A DNA stretch of 64,000 nucleotides from Gammaproteobacteria bacterium (GTDB taxonomy: Bacteria > Pseudomonadota > Gammaproteobacteria > Eutrophobiales > Eutrophobiaceae), in the NCBI GenBank assembly GCA_021773215.1, contig JAJFKM010000077.1, positions 5,973 to 69,972 on the forward strand, given 5' to 3'. The translations under genes were made by a program, and so were the position numbers. Under the pieces are notes generated by a model. That model saw only the letters and a list, made by a program, of their open reading frames with translations. It ran no database searches and was not told the DNA's origin. The first letter of the stretch is position 1. Each line of letters starts with the position of its first letter. Shown here piece by piece: positions 40,452-49,937 of this stretch.

Positions 40452-41502
40452 TCTGTGAAACCTCTCTTCCAATAAATAGTGTTGAATTTCGATTGTATTC
40501 TTGAGCTAAATTTTTGAAGCTACATAAAAGCTTATTTCCAGTTTCAGACAAAATAGCATTACTTTCGATAGCATAAAAAGCATCATGAAATTGGTTTAGA
40601 AGACTTTCTGTATTAGGAAAGTTATATTTCGCAGTTCTTTTTAAATTTTTATATTTACCACTATCATAGGCTAATCCTAGAATAAAAATTATTCTACTAA
40701 GAACCCCCGCGGCATGAAATACAGCACTTATTGGACGCGGGTCAGGTCGCAATGGTGAACATAGCAAGATACCTTTATCTTTCTCTATAAGTCTTTGTGA
40801 ATGCCAGATGCTAAATACTAGATGGTGAGCAGATTCATGAATTAAGTGTTCCAAATACGTTGTCCAGTCCTGTTCTGATTCAAGCTCTCTCATAAAGACT
40901 ACCCCAAATGACTTAAAGCTTGATGCAGCATTTATTTGGTTTGATTTTACAATTAGTATTTCAGTAAGGTGGCATAATGTTTCACCATACAAATCATTGC
41001 TTAGTTCGTTAATGACCGTTATTGCTTTTTTAAGCTGTGATATAGAGTATTGAGCACTATTTAATTCACAAGGCTCTGCCACGACATCGTAAATATTATT
41101 AGGGTCTTGCTCGTTTTTTATCAACTCACAAAGTATATATTCTTCACTTAATGAGAAACTACCATCACCCAAAGCAGAAACCCTTAATTCAATAGATTTA
41201 ACATTTAGATTATCAAAATTATCCAATGCACTTTCAATTCGTTTCATATTTTTACTTATAATAGAATCTTCCAGTAATGAGTACGCAGAATAAAACACAC
41301 CCGAAAGTCTGTTCTCCGTGTTTTCATTTAGATATGATTGAGCTTCGCTTATACAATTTTCTAGTGAATTAGTTTCAAATTTACATATGCATTTCAATTT
41401 GCTATTTAGATATTCGGCAGAATATAACAATCCTGTATCTGTTTTTCTGCAAAGCACTCGTGCCCGAACTCTACAAGGCTTTGCATCAAAAACACTCCTC
41501 AT
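40444..41502 (-). CDS. aKG-HExxH-type peptide-modifying enzyme (putative beta-hydroxylase)
   Basis: AASSFKSFGVVF, YLEHLIHESAHH, SPLRPDPRPISAVFHA; start ATG 41502 after GGAG. Confidence 0.8.
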   Translation of the reverse strand: MRSVFDAKPCRVRARVLCRKTDTGLLYSAEYLNSKLKCICKFETNSLENCISEAQSYLNENTENRLSGVFYSAYSLLEDSIISKNMKRIESALDNFDNLNVKSIELRVSALGDGSFSLSEEYILCELIKNEQDPNNIYDVVAEPCELNSAQYSISQLKKAITVINELSNDLYGETLCHLTEILIVKSNQINAASSFKSFGVVFMRELESEQDWTTYLEHLIHESAHHLVFSIWHSQRLIEKDKGILLCSPLRPDPRPISAVFHAAGVLSRIIFILGLAYDSGKYKNLKRTAKYNFPNTESLLNQFHDAFYAIESNAILSETGNKLLCSFKNLAQEYNRNSTLFIGREVSQNG

Positions 41503-41516
41503 TGCACTCTCCAAAG

Positions 41517-41543
41517 TCCCCGCCTAGATTTTTCAGGCGGGGA
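41517..41543 (-). other. GC-rich hairpin between the precursor ORF and the HExxH gene
   Basis: TCCCCGCCT-9nt-AGGCGGGGA, 9-bp stem. Confidence 0.75.
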
Positions 41544-41550
41544 TTTAACC

Positions 41551-41724
41551 TTAAGTAACAACGTGTATAGTTGTTGTAATACCTTCATCTTCTAGCTTCC
41601 TTAGTTTGTCAGGGTCAAGTTGAAGGTCTATTTTAACTTCAATAGTAACTCCATCTTTTGTGACTACAGCTGGCGAGGTATCACTAATATCAACTTCTTT
41701 ATTTTCATTTTCTTTTTTTGTCAT
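41551..41724 (-). CDS. Putative RiPP precursor peptide, 57 aa (not in ORF track)
   Basis: Manual translation MTKKENENKEVDISDTSPAVVTKDGVTIEVKIDLQLDPDKLRKLEDEGITTTIHVVT*; AAGGA RBS; co-oriented directly upstream of the HExxH gene. Confidence 0.7.
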   Translation of the reverse strand: MTKKENENKEVDISDTSPAVVTKDGVTIEVKIDLQLDPDKLRKLEDEGITTTIHVVT

Positions 41725-41919
41725 ATCACATTCCTTTATTGGTTAATAAGTGCAGAAGGTTCCACATAATTACTTATGTAGGTGACTTTGCGATTGTATT
41801 GCTAAAGAGAAATTATTTTTCATTAATAATACAAGCGAATATGAATTATAGTTATTTATGAAGATTGATGAAGTGTTATTGCTACTGAATTTAATGATTG
41901 TGTATTCAAGTAATAAGCC

Positions 41920-41970
41920 TACCCTTTATTAGGTATATTTTTTCTTAAATAAAATACCCTGGATTAGGTA
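41920..41970. promoter_or_regulatory. Pair of 16-bp TACCCT-NN-ATTAGGTA sites (NarL/LuxR-like 7-2-7) in the divergent promoter
   Basis: TACCCTTTATTAGGTA (41920) and TACCCTGGATTAGGTA (41955), 14/16 identical. Confidence 0.5.
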
Positions 41971-42078
41971 GAAAGTTTGTTTTTAATGAAGGTAAAATTT
42001 TTCAAATCTATATCAGGTATTAAAGTGAGTGAATTATGTGCTAATAAAAATATTATGCGTTAGTATTTCTGTCTGTCA

Positions 42079-42116
42079 GGTGGTGAATATTTATGAGGGT
42101 GGTGAATATTTATGAG
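42079..42116 (+). repeat. 19-bp tandem duplication of RBS plus start codon
   Basis: GGTGGTGAATATTTATGAG twice (42079-42097, 42098-42116). Confidence 0.9.
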
Positions 42117-43911
42117 TAAAAAAATAAGACGTGGTTATGCTATCGCTGGTGACACAGATACGAACGATCTGGTTGGTCCCATCCCGCCCCCAGAAAATCA
42201 AAGAGCGAGAATGACGAGGTGGTTTTCACCAACGGAACTTCTTCGGATAGTGGCAGATGTAGTTGTTTCTACATTAATTGGAAAATATATCAGCACAAGG
42301 TTAATTGAGGCGTTAAAGGAACCAAAGGCACCATCACATGATTATTCTAAAGGTGACATTGATTTAAATGAATTTTGGTTTGATTATGTCGCTGACACGG
42401 GAGATGGCTGGAATTCCACATATGACATTGCTAGGACCATTGCTCGACCAGTGCTTGATATACATCTATCTGATACTGATAAATTTCATTCAACTATTCG
42501 CGGTAAAATTCTAATTTTTGGTGGTGATGAAATTTACCCTTCTCCGTCACAGTCTGGCTATCAATTCAAATTAGAAAATGTTTATCGTACTGCTCTGAAT
42601 GGGGATACTAATCCTCCGGATGTTTTCGCTATCCCTGGTAATCATGATTGGTATGATGGATTAGCTGCATTTTCTAGACTCTTTGTTGCAGGAAGGAAGT
42701 TGGGTCCTTGTCAAACTAAACAAAAAAGAAGTTACTTCGCTCTTAAGTTACCTAAAAATTGGTGGCTAATAGCAACTGATATACAGCTTGGGTCAGATAT
42801 TGATGCAGCTCAGTTACAATATTTTAAAGAGATTGCTGCAGGATTTGATGAGTTTGCACAAGTAATACTATGTGTAAGTGAACCACACTGGGTCTATGCT
42901 TCATTAAATGAGGATAGGGATGATGAAAGTAACCTTGTAGTTCTGGAACAGAAAGTGTTGAAGAATCGGGTGATGGTTTTTATTTCTGGAGATCAGCATC
43001 ATTATAGTCGGCATCAAGGACCAAATAATATTCAGAAAATAATTTGTGGTGGAGGTGGAGCTTTTCTGCATGCAACTCACCGACCAAAGAAATTAAGTAA
43101 ACTAAATGGCGGCTTTGAACGAATGGCTTGTTATCCAAAAGCTAGTGAATCTTCTAAGCTAGCATTACGAAATTTTTTATTTCCATTTATTAACCCAGAG
43201 TTTTCGATTGTTCCGGGCATTATATATACGATGACCGTGATTATGTCTCAGCATGATTTCAGTAACTATAAATTTAATCAGATTAGTATGCTGTATTTAG
43301 ATTCTGCTGCAAAATTACTGATAGAACCCATTTGGCTTGTTTGGGTATTTTTATTATTCAGTTCCTTCATTATTTTTTCAGATCGAAATGGTATGGTTTT
43401 TCGTATTGCCGGTGGAATAACACATGCTTTTATCCATATTTGCACAGCACTTACTATTGGATGGTTGTCGTTTTATTTAATGCAAACACCTACACCAATT
43501 AATATAGATAACCCACTAAATAACCTGTTGGCGCTAACTCTAAATTTTATCTTGTCTGCAATTATTGGTTCAATATTATTTGGTTCTTATCTATATATTT
43601 CTCTAACTTTCTTTGGTAAGCAAGTTGAGGCTGCATTTTCTGGGCTCAGAATTCAGGATTGGAAGAGTTTTCTTAGGTTCAATATTGATAACAAAGGTAG
43701 CTTGCATATTTATGCTATAGGGATAGATCGTGTTTGTCGTAAGTGGAAAATAATACGAGAGGGTAATATTTCGATGTTAGTACCCGATTCAAAAGATTCT
43801 AAGGCAACAAAACCACATCTAATTGAACGAATAACGATAAAACCTTTAAAAGATTCACATCGGTTAAAGATGTGTAACGTAGAAAGTATATCGACCAACT
43901 TTGATCAGTGA
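42112..43911 (+). CDS. Calcineurin-like metallophosphoesterase with C-terminal membrane domain
   Basis: DYVADTGDG, GGDEIYP, IPGNHDWYDG, SGDQHHY, GGGGAFLH; several TMs after about aa 360. Confidence 0.85.
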   Translation: MSKKIRRGYAIAGDTDTNDLVGPIPPPENQRARMTRWFSPTELLRIVADVVVSTLIGKYISTRLIEALKEPKAPSHDYSKGDIDLNEFWFDYVADTGDGWNSTYDIARTIARPVLDIHLSDTDKFHSTIRGKILIFGGDEIYPSPSQSGYQFKLENVYRTALNGDTNPPDVFAIPGNHDWYDGLAAFSRLFVAGRKLGPCQTKQKRSYFALKLPKNWWLIATDIQLGSDIDAAQLQYFKEIAAGFDEFAQVILCVSEPHWVYASLNEDRDDESNLVVLEQKVLKNRVMVFISGDQHHYSRHQGPNNIQKIICGGGGAFLHATHRPKKLSKLNGGFERMACYPKASESSKLALRNFLFPFINPEFSIVPGIIYTMTVIMSQHDFSNYKFNQISMLYLDSAAKLLIEPIWLVWVFLLFSSFIIFSDRNGMVFRIAGGITHAFIHICTALTIGWLSFYLMQTPTPINIDNPLNNLLALTLNFILSAIIGSILFGSYLYISLTFFGKQVEAAFSGLRIQDWKSFLRFNIDNKGSLHIYAIGIDRVCRKWKIIREGNISMLVPDSKDSKATKPHLIERITIKPLKDSHRLKMCNVESISTNFDQ

Positions 43912-43933
43912 AAATTAGAACGAGGAAATATGC

Positions 43934-45655
43934 ATGACTAATCATTATGAGGCTATTATCGTGGGTTCTGGGTTCGGTGGTTCAGTCATGGCATATGAAT
44001 TAGCTAAAGCTGGTATGAAAGTTTGTATTCTTGAGAGAGGTAAAGCTTACCCTCCAGGCTCATTTCCAAGGAGCCCACGTGAGGTAGCTAGAAATTTCTG
44101 GGATCCAAGTAAACGTCTTTATGGAATGTTTGACATTTGGTCATTTCGAAAAAGCGAGGCGATAGTAGCTAGTGGGCTTGGTGGTGGTTCTCTAATATAT
44201 GCAAACGTATTAATTCGAAAGCCATCAGAATGGTTCAATCGTGAACTTTCGGATGGTACAAACGTGCCTTGGCCAGTAACTTATGAGTTATTAGAGCCAC
44301 ACTATAATGAAGTTGAGAAAATGCTTTGTGGGCAGAAATTTCCATTGAATCGCTTACCAAAAAAAATGACAAAGAAAGCAAGGGCATTTGCTAGTGCTTC
44401 TATTAAAGTTGGATTGAAGACTTACCAGCCTTTATTAGCCGTTACGTTTGCCAATAAAGGAGAGCCACCAAGGATAGGTGCCCCTATACATTCACTAGAT
44501 ACTAATTTACATAACGCACCGCGTGAAACTTGTCGGTTATGTGGTGAGTGTGACTTTGGCTGTAATTATGGCAGCAAAAACACTCTTGATTTTAATTATC
44601 TCAGTGCTGCTAAACGACTTGGTGTAGATATTAAAACAATGGCAGAAGTGAGAAGTTTCAGCCCTATTGAGGATGACGACTCAATTGTTGGGTATAAAGT
44701 TTCATTTGTACAACATGATTTAAATGATAAGAATCCATCTAGTAATTTAAAGTTAAATTCGTTTACTTGCGACAACCTTATTTTGGCCGCAGGAACATTA
44801 GGTACAAATTATCTTCTTCTCAAAAATCATCAATTTTTCCCTAGAATTAGTCACAAGCTTGGCAGTGGGTACTCAACTAATGGCGATTTACTAAGTTTTG
44901 CGATCCAATGTCGGGACGTTCAAAATCAATCAAAAAAACCTAAAATACTTGATCCTAGTTGTGGTCCTGTCATTACTACAACAGCAGAAGTAAAGTTTTC
45001 CTCAGGAAAGGGAGGGCATATTCAGGATGCAGGTTACCCAGAGTTTCTCAGTTGGTTGGTAGAAGTGAGTAATATTAGAGGAAATTTATTTCGAATATTT
45101 AGATTCATATTTAATAGAATATTTCATTGGTTGCACAATGACCCGAGAAGTGAGATCGATGCTGAGATCTCTAGGTTATTAGGCTCAGCAAGATTGAGCA
45201 GTACTTCACTTCCTCTATTGGCTATGGGGTGTGATAAGGCAAATGGACAAGTAAGATTAAGAAAAAGTTTATATAGATTCGGTGTATTCCTCGATATTGA
45301 TTGGGATAAGAAAAGTTCTTCGGAATGCTTTGATACATTATCTAAAACGTGCAAAGAAGTCGTTAAAGAGATGGGTGGGACTTTCGTAAAAAACCCGTTA
45401 AATCGGTTTTTCAAACGAATAATTACTGTTCATCCTCTTGGAGGATGTTCAATGGGGATGGATATTAATCAAGGAGTTGTTGCTTCAAATGGTGAGGTTT
45501 TTAATTATAAGAATTTGTACATTGCAGATGGTTCAATAATGCCTGCAGCTGTTGGCACTAATCCAAGTCTTACAATTGCCGCTATGTCTAGACATATAGC
45601 AATGGGCATTATTCAACAACATATGAAATTGTCCGAGCAAGAAAGGGAACATTAA
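43934..45655 (+). CDS. GMC oxidoreductase, cholesterol-oxidase(ChoD)-like
   Basis: VGSGFGGS, LERG, GLGGGSLIYANV, CRLCGECDFGC, KNTLDFNYL, TVHPLGGC, NPSLTIAA. Confidence 0.9.
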   Translation: MTNHYEAIIVGSGFGGSVMAYELAKAGMKVCILERGKAYPPGSFPRSPREVARNFWDPSKRLYGMFDIWSFRKSEAIVASGLGGGSLIYANVLIRKPSEWFNRELSDGTNVPWPVTYELLEPHYNEVEKMLCGQKFPLNRLPKKMTKKARAFASASIKVGLKTYQPLLAVTFANKGEPPRIGAPIHSLDTNLHNAPRETCRLCGECDFGCNYGSKNTLDFNYLSAAKRLGVDIKTMAEVRSFSPIEDDDSIVGYKVSFVQHDLNDKNPSSNLKLNSFTCDNLILAAGTLGTNYLLLKNHQFFPRISHKLGSGYSTNGDLLSFAIQCRDVQNQSKKPKILDPSCGPVITTTAEVKFSSGKGGHIQDAGYPEFLSWLVEVSNIRGNLFRIFRFIFNRIFHWLHNDPRSEIDAEISRLLGSARLSSTSLPLLAMGCDKANGQVRLRKSLYRFGVFLDIDWDKKSSSECFDTLSKTCKEVVKEMGGTFVKNPLNRFFKRIITVHPLGGCSMGMDINQGVVASNGEVFNYKNLYIADGSIMPAAVGTNPSLTIAAMSRHIAMGIIQQHMKLSEQEREH

Positions 45656-45656
45656 C

Positions 45657-47441
45657 ATGATTATAAAATCAGTCCAACCTGACTCGAATAAGATAAAGAG
45701 AGCATCTTTAAGTTTCACTGAAACTATGCGCGGTTTCTTGACAGATGGTCAATTAGATTTTCAATCAGGTTATAGTCTTGGTGAAGAGAAAGGAACAAGT
45801 ATCACTTTTACTGTAAATATAAAAATTGATGATGTCGAAAAATTTATTGCTTCATCTAATCATGAAGCCGATGTTTCTGGACATGTAAATTGTGAATTAT
45901 TTGGTGGTTACATGGAGATAAGGACAGGAAGATTTAATCTTTTTGTTAATAGTGTGGGGGATAACGAAAGAAAAAAGATGTTATATCGTTTATATCTTCA
46001 AACTACTAATGGTAAATTGCTTACTCTTTCTGGATATAAAGATATTTTTGATAATGTTGGATTGGATATATGGTCCGATACTACGACGCTGTACATAAAT
46101 ATTATGGAAGGTCATATAGAAGCTGACGGAGAATTATCAGCTAATATCATTGGTACAGGTATTATGCACATCGGGAAACTAGATTTCATAAAACAGTTAA
46201 CCTCGTTTCGGTCCGATGCTACGAGAAAATCAGATAGATTGTCTGTAATTAATGATTTCGGTCAATTCTTTTTGGGTTCCCTATGGGACATTTATGGCTA
46301 TTCTGTATTTATGCCTGATACAAATACATATGAAAGAGAGATACCTCTATTTACTACAGAGGGTGTTCCTAATGCTGAATGCACAGCGCACAGTATTACG
46401 ACTTTGGATAAACTCGGATTAGGAATGCTTAGGTTTCATCGAGCTAAATGTAAAGATGTTGTACTAATAATACATGGGTTAACAACATCTAGTGACATGT
46501 TTATTATGCCTGAGCACTATAATCTAGTTACATATCTACTTGATAATAATTTTTCAGATGTATGGACATTAGATTATCGTATGAGTAATCGGCTACCTTA
46601 TAACATGCAAAGACATCGTTATAATATGGATGACATTGCATTGTTTGATTATCCCCCCGCTTTGGAAAAGATAAGAGAAGAGGTTGGTCAGGATGTTCGT
46701 ATACATGTTATTTGCCATTGCCTTGGATCAGTTTCATTTTCAATGAGCTTATTTGGTAAAGCAGTTACTGGGGTGCGCAGTGTGGTTGCTAATAGCGTGG
46801 CATTAACCCCACGAGTACCAAGGTGGTCTTTATTTAAGTTGAGCGTGGCACCTTTTGTTACAGAATATCTATTGGGTATGATGTACTTAGATCCTCTTTT
46901 TAGTGAAAAACCGGGTATAACAATGGGTAAAATATTAGGGAAACTTACGAGTATTTTTCATCAGGAATGCGATGTGCCAGCTTGTCATATGCTAAGTTTA
47001 ATGTGGGGAGCAGGGCATCCAGCTCTTTACAATCATAAAAATCTTGCCGATGTTACACACCGTCGTGGTGGTGATTTATATGGACCAACAAGCATGCACT
47101 TCTATCGGCATGTTAGAAAGATGGTTCGAATGAATAGTACTGCCATAAAATATAATAAATCAAATCCTAAGTATAGAGCATTACCTAATGATTATATGGA
47201 ACATGCAAAAGATATAAATACGCCAATATTATTTATGACTGGACAAGAGAATCATGTTTTTAACGATTCTAATATAATATGTTATGAAAGGCTCGAGAAG
47301 ATAGTACCAGGACGACATCAACTTCGTGTGATACCCGGATATGGACATCAAGATGTCTTTATGGGGAAAAATGTTTCCCAAGATGTATTTCCACACATTC
47401 TAAAGTTTCTAGAGTCTAATTCTGGAGACATTAAAAATTAA
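45657..47441 (+). CDS. Alpha/beta hydrolase with N-terminal beta-rich domain (cholesterol-oxidase-associated type)
   Basis: FTETMRG N-domain; IHGLTTSSDMF; nucleophile elbow CHCLGS; GYGHQDVFMG. Confidence 0.8.
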   Translation: MIIKSVQPDSNKIKRASLSFTETMRGFLTDGQLDFQSGYSLGEEKGTSITFTVNIKIDDVEKFIASSNHEADVSGHVNCELFGGYMEIRTGRFNLFVNSVGDNERKKMLYRLYLQTTNGKLLTLSGYKDIFDNVGLDIWSDTTTLYINIMEGHIEADGELSANIIGTGIMHIGKLDFIKQLTSFRSDATRKSDRLSVINDFGQFFLGSLWDIYGYSVFMPDTNTYEREIPLFTTEGVPNAECTAHSITTLDKLGLGMLRFHRAKCKDVVLIIHGLTTSSDMFIMPEHYNLVTYLLDNNFSDVWTLDYRMSNRLPYNMQRHRYNMDDIALFDYPPALEKIREEVGQDVRIHVICHCLGSVSFSMSLFGKAVTGVRSVVANSVALTPRVPRWSLFKLSVAPFVTEYLLGMMYLDPLFSEKPGITMGKILGKLTSIFHQECDVPACHMLSLMWGAGHPALYNHKNLADVTHRRGGDLYGPTSMHFYRHVRKMVRMNSTAIKYNKSNPKYRALPNDYMEHAKDINTPILFMTGQENHVFNDSNIICYERLEKIVPGRHQLRVIPGYGHQDVFMGKNVSQDVFPHILKFLESNSGDIKN

Positions 47442-47464
47442 CCAAACAATGATGAGTAGCTAGA

Positions 47465-48838
47465 ATGAGAGATAATAAATATACAAGTCACGAATCGTTT
47501 GAACACGATAGTATAGATTCACTTGGTTATGATTGGGAACGCATTGCTGATCCTAATATTAAATCAAAGTTACCATTTAAAATTTATTTACCAAGGACAA
47601 CTGACCATGTTGTAAATGCTATAAAAGAAACATCAAAATTAGATCAAGAACTTCGTGTTCGAAGTAAAGGGCACTCAAGTAACGATCTTGTTCTGAATGA
47701 AGATGGAGCAATTTTATGCACTGAAAAATTAAATCAAATTATTAATCTAGATCTTGAAAAGATGTATATACGTGTCCAAAGTGGAATAATTTTAGCTGAT
47801 ATCGATGAATACTTAGCTGAATATGAAGTAGGGCTTCCAATAATAGGTGACCATAACCATATTACAGCTGGTGGTTTTGCATCTGTTGGGGGAATAAGCC
47901 CAGCATCTCACAGGTTTGGTTTATTTATTGATAATGTGCTTGCTGTCGAATATGTTAATTGGAATGGTGATATTCGATGTTGTGACCGTATAAAAAATAT
48001 AGAAGAGTTTAACCGAGTTTTGACTGGTACAGGACGTCATGGCGTGATTACTGAATTAACGTGTAGAATTGAGCGAGGTAATAAGTTTCAGACTGTTTTA
48101 TATAATGATCGAAAATTATTTTTTAAATCAGAAGCATTTATTTTGGATTCTCAAAAACTAATATCAAACCCGGGGGATTGTCTCTTCGAAAGGGGTGTGT
48201 GGATTGATTATCCATTTGGAAAAACAAAAATTCAAATCGGACAATTTTCAAATTACTATAAAACGGCTCAGAATAAATATACAAGATTCAGAAAAACTAT
48301 TGCATATGGTTATCTACATATGCTGGGAAGATGGGCTGGTAGATTACCTAAAGTGATAGACATACTTGTTAAGTATCTTGGTATATTAGGAATAATAATT
48401 AGTCCTCGTTATGGATCAGTCAAAGACATTGAGAGTTTCACAGATAAAGTTCTTGATTCAACCGTAGGTGATCCTACCCGCATGTTGATTGTATTAGCTC
48501 CTGTAGAAAGCTATGCAGAGCTATTTCGTTCACTGTATGAAATTTGCCTAGATGCACGTAAAAATCATGGTGCAATTTCATTTATTTCATTCTATGTGAA
48601 AGCAATAAAATCGGATTACTTGCGTATACGAAATGACTCTGGAAAGTTTGCAGAGTTAATGCTTTATCTTGGAGTACGCCCAGAACAAATGACGAACGAA
48701 ATATTAAATGAGATGGTGAGTAGTATAGATGCATTATGTATTAAGCATGAAGCATTAAGATATATGCACACGAAGACTAGTAAAGATAGAGATATATTAC
48801 AAAAAATAGATCCTAATTATTTGTATAAACAAAATTAA
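47465..48838 (+). CDS. FAD-binding oxidoreductase (VAO/BBE-type FAD_binding_4)
   Basis: RVRSKGHSSN flavinylation-type motif, ITAGGFASVGG, HRFGLFIDNV, GTGRHGVITE. Confidence 0.82.
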   Translation: MRDNKYTSHESFEHDSIDSLGYDWERIADPNIKSKLPFKIYLPRTTDHVVNAIKETSKLDQELRVRSKGHSSNDLVLNEDGAILCTEKLNQIINLDLEKMYIRVQSGIILADIDEYLAEYEVGLPIIGDHNHITAGGFASVGGISPASHRFGLFIDNVLAVEYVNWNGDIRCCDRIKNIEEFNRVLTGTGRHGVITELTCRIERGNKFQTVLYNDRKLFFKSEAFILDSQKLISNPGDCLFERGVWIDYPFGKTKIQIGQFSNYYKTAQNKYTRFRKTIAYGYLHMLGRWAGRLPKVIDILVKYLGILGIIISPRYGSVKDIESFTDKVLDSTVGDPTRMLIVLAPVESYAELFRSLYEICLDARKNHGAISFISFYVKAIKSDYLRIRNDSGKFAELMLYLGVRPEQMTNEILNEMVSSIDALCIKHEALRYMHTKTSKDRDILQKIDPNYLYKQN

Positions 48839-49108
48839 TTTAAATTATAAGTCTGTTGAATTATGATGATGAAAAAATGATTAAAATAAAATCTATATAA
48901 TCACTATCACTTGGAAAGAATGATAGTAGTTTAGTGAAGGTTTTGAAGAGGTATTATGGTCTTTTTGAAATTAAATTATTAGTTATGCTGTAGTTATTTT
49001 AGAATTAATCTATAAAATAGACTATTTAATTAATGTATTAAATATAATGATTGTAAGTAATGTGCTATTGCAAACTAAAATCTAGTAATTCCCGCGGGTA
49101 TTTAAGTC

Positions 49109-49384
49109 ATGAAGATAACTATAATATTAGCAATACTTTTTTTTTCATCTATTTGCATGAGTGATGAGGTCCCAGGATCAGATATATCAACCGTTTATGA
49201 GTGGTCAGAAGACTACAAAAAAACACAAGAGATTTTAAAAAAGAACAGAGATATAAGACAACATAAAATAGAAGAAAGTATGAATGCAGATCCAAAAATG
49301 GGCGAATCTGATCCAACATCTGAAATGGGGTATGGCGATCCTTGTGGACTAATCGTTCTACCCATCTGTGATCCTGGAATATAA
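49109..49384 (+). CDS. Hypothetical small secreted protein
   Basis: Signal peptide MKITIILAILFFSSICMS; acidic body; C-terminal CGLIVLPIC. Confidence 0.55.
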   Translation: MKITIILAILFFSSICMSDEVPGSDISTVYEWSEDYKKTQEILKKNRDIRQHKIEESMNADPKMGESDPTSEMGYGDPCGLIVLPICDPGI

Positions 49385-49397
49385 GTAAATTATCACG

Positions 49398-49937
49398 ATG
49401 GATTATGAGAAGCACATTGCTATTTCAAAAGTATATTTATCATATCTATCAATAATAGCAATTATTGTAGGCGCTGGATTTACATTATTTGAATACAATG
49501 GATATAAAGCCGATAAAAAAATAAACTATAGTTTAAATATTGTCGCAGACTATACAAACCCTGAAATTATGAAACATAGAACTAAACTTGATGAAGCGTG
49601 GGAAATTGGTTATCCAATTTTAATAAAAAATATAAAAAACTATAAAGATACAAGCAACGCTTATAATAAATTTATATTAGCTCTTGTAAAAGAGGAAAAT
49701 TTATCTAGGCCAATTGATTATGTCATGGATTTTTATGAACGAATTTCTCTATGTGTTAGTGCAGGATTATGCAAAAAAGATGTCATTGATAAATTTTTCT
49801 TAAGGAATGGCCAAATATTTTTTAGAAAATATTACCCATACGTATGTGATCTCAGAAAAAAATGGAATGACGATACTATTTGGTTAAACGTAGAATTATA
49901 TTTCAACTCAAAATCTGCAGGTGAAATCTGTAACTAA
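49398..49937 (+). CDS. Hypothetical membrane-anchored protein (DUF4760-like)
   Basis: N-terminal TM; VMDFYERISLCVSAGLC helix motif. Confidence 0.55.
   Translation: MDYEKHIAISKVYLSYLSIIAIIVGAGFTLFEYNGYKADKKINYSLNIVADYTNPEIMKHRTKLDEAWEIGYPILIKNIKNYKDTSNAYNKFILALVKEENLSRPIDYVMDFYERISLCVSAGLCKKDVIDKFFLRNGQIFFRKYYPYVCDLRKKWNDDTIWLNVELYFNSKSAGEICN

Noticed and set aside
40444-41502. HExxH protein as a zinc protease
   Set aside because: The downstream SPLRPDPRP..AVFHA motif fits the aKG-HExxH oxygenase family better than zincins.
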